DNA of 64,000 nucleotides from NCBI RefSeq assembly GCF_058153355.1, contig NZ_CM177019.1; one strand, 5' to 3'. Shown piece by piece: positions 60,066 to 64,000 of this stretch (position 1 is its first letter; each line of letters starts with the position of its first letter). The notes under the pieces were generated by a model. It saw only the letters and a program-made list of their open reading frames with translations, ran no database searches and was not told where the DNA came from. The position numbers and the translations under genes were made by a program.

Positions 60066-60432
60066 AGTCGGCTTAATATTACATAAACATATTACTGTTT
60101 ATTAATGTAGCACGCCGCCCTCTTAAGTCAAATTGATTGATAAATAAATTTAAACGAAGCGGGAAAACAGGATGATGATGTGTGATGATAGTCGGGCTGG
60201 ATAACTGGATTTATAATACAAAAAAGGCGTTAAAAACGCAGAGGAATTATTAGTAAGCAAATAATCCCTTATTGTGATATTAAACGGTCTCGCCACCCTT
60301 AATAACATTCATATAACATATATCTTATCAACACGATGAATAAACAGCCAATATATTATTGCATGAATAAGTAACCGAATGCCCCACCTGTTTTTTAAGG
60401 TCGGGGCATTCGGTTTTTACAAAATTATGTTA

Positions 60433-61833
60433 TCAGGTGTGTTTAAAGCTGTTCTGCTGGGCTATACCCTGCAGTTTCGGGTGATCGCTGAGGTATTTCA
60501 GGGAGGCTTTGTAGTCTTCCAGTAACAGTTCAGCAAAGTCCATTTCGAAGCCACGACGACACATAATACGCATCACCACGATGTCGGTGGCTTCACCGCC
60601 GAGAGTGAAGGCCGGAACCTGCCAGCCGCGCAGACGCAGGCGTTCAGAGAGGTCATACAGGGTGTATCCCGGATCTTCACCATCTTTCAGTTTGAAGCAA
60701 ACCGCCGGGATGCCTTCATCCGGGCGACCGGTACAGATGAACTCATACGGCCCCAGTTTGGCGATTTCATCCGCCAGATAAGCGGCAACCTGGTAGGAAG
60801 CGTTCTGTACTTTGGTATAGCCTTCACGACCGAGGCGCAGGAATTCATAATACTGTGCAATCACCTGACCCGCCGGGCGGGAGAAGTTGATGGCGAAAGT
60901 CCCAATCTGACCACCGAGATAGTCAACGTTGAACACCAGTTCCTGCGGCAGCGCTTCTTCATCACGCCAGATAACCCAGCCGCAGCCCAGCGGAGCCAGA
61001 CCGAATTTGTGGCCTGAAGCACTGATCGATTTCACACGAGGCAGGCGGAAGTCCCAGACGATATCCGGGGCGACGAACGGTGCCAGGAAGCCACCACTGG
61101 CGGCGTCGATGTGCATGTCGATGTCGATACCGGTGTCGGCCTGGAATTTATCCAGTGCATCGTGCAGCGGTTGCGGGAATTCATAGTTACCGGTGTAGGT
61201 CACGCCGAAAGTCGGCACCACGCCGATGGTGTTTTCGTCGCAGGCTTCAATCATGCGTTTCGGATCCATAAACAACTGACCGGGGCGCATAGGGATTTCA
61301 CGCAGCTCCACATCCCAGTAACGGGCGAATTTATGCCAGCAGATTTGTACCGGGCCGCACACCAGATTAGGTTTATCCGTTGGCTTGCCTGCGGCTTCCA
61401 TACGCTTGCGCCAACGCCATTTCATCGCCATCCCGCCGAGCATACAGGCCTCGGAAGAGCCAATGGTGTTGGTGCCAACGGCCTGACCGTTTTTTGGCGC
61501 AGGCGCATGCCACAGGTCAGCAACCATGTTTACGCAACGCAGGTCGATAGCTGCAGATTGCGGATATTCTTCTTTGTCGATCCAGTTTTTGTTAATGGAT
61601 AAATCCATCAACTTATGGACATTTTCGTCGTCCCAGGTCTGGCAGAAAGTGGCCAGGTTCTGACGAGCGTTGCCATCAAGATATAATTCGTCATTGATAA
61701 TCTGGAATGCGACATCATCGCGCATTTCGTGCAGCGGAAATCGTTTTGACTCCGCGATAGTAGAAATGGCCTTTGCGCCAAAACGTGAATCGAGTAGTTC
61801 TGAGCGGAAATCCGTTAACAGCTTCTGGTCCAT
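60433..61833 (-). CDS. gadA: Glutamate decarboxylase alpha
   Basis: 466-aa product from [22 protein letters not shown]-binding lysine motif [10 protein letters not shown]. Confidence 0.95.
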   Translation of the reverse strand: MDQKLLTDFRSELLDSRFGAKAISTIAESKRFPLHEMRDDVAFQIINDELYLDGNARQNLATFCQTWDDENVHKLMDLSINKNWIDKEEYPQSAAIDLRCVNMVADLWHAPAPKNGQAVGTNTIGSSEACMLGGMAMKWRWRKRMEAAGKPTDKPNLVCGPVQICWHKFARYWDVELREIPMRPGQLFMDPKRMIEACDENTIGVVPTFGVTYTGNYEFPQPLHDALDKFQADTGIDIDMHIDAASGGFLAPFVAPDIVWDFRLPRVKSISASGHKFGLAPLGCGWVIWRDEEALPQELVFNVDYLGGQIGTFAINFSRPAGQVIAQYYEFLRLGREGYTKVQNASYQVAAYLADEIAKLGPYEFICTGRPDEGIPAVCFKLKDGEDPGYTLYDLSERLRLRGWQVPAFTLGGEATDIVVMRIMCRRGFEMDFAELLLEDYKASLKYLSDHPKLQGIAQQNSFKHT

Positions 61834-61913
61834 TTCGAACTCCTTAAATTTATTTGAAGGCAATAAAAAAGTAGGATTTATCCGCAATGGAAGCAAGGCA
61901 TTACAGGCTTAAT

Positions 61914-61933
61914 TTAAATAACAAAATCCTAAG
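61914..61933 (-). promoter_or_regulatory. GAD box (GadE/GadX-dependent activation site) upstream of gadA
   Basis: Reverse strand reads TTAGGATTTTGTTATTTAAA, matching the GAD box as I recall it. Confidence 0.7.
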
Positions 61934-62043
61934 CAGAAAAACGACTTTTTATAATATAAACATTTAACATGATAATATTAAAAACAGACTTTATTGTCGT
62001 AATAAAAATCGCCCAAACATTCCTGTTCGGGCGATCAAATTAA

Positions 62044-63441
62044 TTATTGTTTATCCTGCATATACGGCGTATATACCCCGTTCAGACTGTGCAGGAAAGC
62101 TACGATATCATCCACATCCTCCTGCGGCAGCTCTTTGCCTACCTGATAGCGCAGCATCAGTTTTACCGCCCCGTCCAGCGTCGGCACGTCACCGCGATGG
62201 AAGTACGGTGCCGTTAAAGCAACGTTACGTAAACCGGGTACTTTCTGACGCAATTTATCACGCTCTTCTTTAGTAACATTCATACGACCAATATCCGCCG
62301 CCGTAATTTCCCCAAAGTTAAAGTCTTTTTTCAGCCCCAACGGCTCGAAAGAACGTCCGCCGAGAATAATACCACCATGACAAGTTGCACATTTATTATC
62401 TTTAAATAATTGATAGCCTTTTTTCTGTTGCACCGTCAGCGCATTCTCATCTCCACGCAACCATTTATCAAATGGGGAATCCGGCGTAATTAATGTTTTC
62501 TCAAATTCAGCAATAGCATCAGTAATATTTTCGCCACTGAAACCTTGCGGATAGACTTCGAGGAACTGCGCTTTAAGCTGCGGATCTTTTTCCAGCTTAG
62601 CAATAATTTCGTCCCAGGATTTCGACGCCATTTCAATCGGGTTCAACGGCGGTCCACCCGCCTGATCCTGCAATGTTGCCGCACGACCATCCCAGAACTG
62701 CTCAACGTTAAATACTGAGTTAAATACCGTCGGTGCGTTAATCGGTCCAACGGCACCACCAACACCAATCGACGTTTTTCTGCCATCAACGCCACCCGCA
62801 TTTAACGCATGGCAATGTGCACATGAAATGGTGCTATCAGCCGATAAACGGGGATCATGATACAGCGTAAAACCCAACGCCACTTTTTGCGCATCGGTAG
62901 GCAGTTTTTGCGGAATAGGCTGCACCGGTTCATTGCGATGCTCCGGAGCAGTATCATTACTGGCGTAATATTCCGCGCGCTGTTTTGCAATCCAGGCAAG
63001 TATTTCCGCCCGCTCTTCATCACTCACCTTACCCGCCCAGTGTAGCGCGGTGTAACGCGTTGGCGGCATAGTTTCATACTGCATCACCCATTCAATCTTA
63101 TTCAGATCGCTTTGCGAAACGGGTTTATCTGCCAACAGAGCCGCACGCACGGCCTCGAGGTTAAAAGATTTATATCCAAGCTTAATGTCGTAATCCATCA
63201 ACTGTTTCGCGCCAGGAATATAATAATAGGCGGGTAATTCTGCCGAAGGCGTATGACAATAGTCGCATCCTTTTTCGCGAAGAAAACCTAAAACCTGATT
63301 ATTTTCACTGACAGCAGATGCCTGAACATCGGCCTGTTTACTGCGTTTATTATCGTGGTACCACACATAACCAGATAACCCTAAATAGCAAATCGCGACG
63401 CCAGCCAGGCCGATCGCGGTAATACGTGAGACCATTTTCAT
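62044..63441 (-). CDS. yhjA: Dihaem cytochrome c peroxidase YhjA
   Basis: 465-aa ORF with N-terminal membrane anchor and three CxxCH haem-binding motifs (CDYCH, CAHCH, CATCH). Confidence 0.9.
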   Translation of the reverse strand: MKMVSRITAIGLAGVAICYLGLSGYVWYHDNKRSKQADVQASAVSENNQVLGFLREKGCDYCHTPSAELPAYYYIPGAKQLMDYDIKLGYKSFNLEAVRAALLADKPVSQSDLNKIEWVMQYETMPPTRYTALHWAGKVSDEERAEILAWIAKQRAEYYASNDTAPEHRNEPVQPIPQKLPTDAQKVALGFTLYHDPRLSADSTISCAHCHALNAGGVDGRKTSIGVGGAVGPINAPTVFNSVFNVEQFWDGRAATLQDQAGGPPLNPIEMASKSWDEIIAKLEKDPQLKAQFLEVYPQGFSGENITDAIAEFEKTLITPDSPFDKWLRGDENALTVQQKKGYQLFKDNKCATCHGGIILGGRSFEPLGLKKDFNFGEITAADIGRMNVTKEERDKLRQKVPGLRNVALTAPYFHRGDVPTLDGAVKLMLRYQVGKELPQEDVDDIVAFLHSLNGVYTPYMQDKQ

Positions 63442-63844
63442 TATTCTTCCCTCACGGTGGTGAGTTATTGTGACCCAGAAAATTTTCCAGAATGCTGCAA
63501 ACGTCTCTGCGAGACAAAGCCATCATAAAAAACAGGGAAATACGCTTTTTGATAGGAATCAATCAATTACATGAATATAAACTATCAATAAAATAGCCTG
63601 CGCCTATTATACAGAGCAGGAATGGCATATCATGATTGCGGCGAGAGCAGGATTGAATGTTCTGAAAATGAAAAACAACACGGAATCCGTATTTTTATAA
63701 ATTCTATTGATATTAGTGCGTTATATTTTTTGACAAGTTAATAAACGTGATCCACCGCACGCTTTGTCGCCCACCAGGCGGAGCGAATGACTACCCTTAA
63801 AGAAAAGCCCGATAATTAGCGACGAATTTCGGAGGTCGGATCCT

Positions 63845-64000
63845 TATGCTCAATCAGAAAATTCAAAACTCTAATCCAGACGAACTGATGATCGAGGTCG
63901 ATCTCTGCTATGAACTGGACCCGTATGAATTAAAACTGGATGAGATGATCGAGGCAGAACCAGAACCCGAGATGATTGAAGGGCTGCCCGCCTCTGATGC
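63845..64000 (+). CDS. treF: Cytoplasmic trehalase TreF, N-terminal fragment (continues beyond the window)
   Basis: ATG at 63845 with RBS (ggaggtcgg); translation [29 protein letters not shown]…. Confidence 0.8.

Overview
This window reads as an Escherichia coli chromosomal segment, syntenic with the K-12 nik to treF region but from a non-K-12 lineage. Gene order is nikBCDE-nikR, yhhJ-rbbA-yhiI, yhiJ-yhiL-yhiM, yhiN, pitA, uspB/uspA, dtpB, rsmJ, prlC, rlmJ, gor, dinQ/agrAB, arsRBC, then the acid-fitness island (yhiS, slp, dctR, yhiD, hdeBAD, gadE, mdtEF, gadWX, gadA), yhjA and the start of treF. All identifications are from reading the translations and my memory of E. coli proteins; no database search was run. 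Superimposed on this backbone are five accessory insertions: (1) an IS110-family (IS621-like) element in the REP cluster between pitA and uspB; (2) a complete group II intron (RT-maturase-HNH protein plus domain V/VI RNA) inserted right after the uspA terminator/REP, which is my best candidate for the most interesting element; (3) a divergent ArsR-family regulator / ArsP-like permease pair after arsC; (4) an IS66-family element disrupted by a nested IS4, both with intact target-site duplications; (5) the chu haem-uptake locus between dctR and yhiD. I also flag the AT-rich yhiJ/yhiL paralog pair, which carries metallophosphoesterase-like motifs, and an intact yhiS with pentapeptide-like repeats. 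I found no tRNA, rRNA or CRISPR array. I cannot confirm that any of these elements is truly undescribed.
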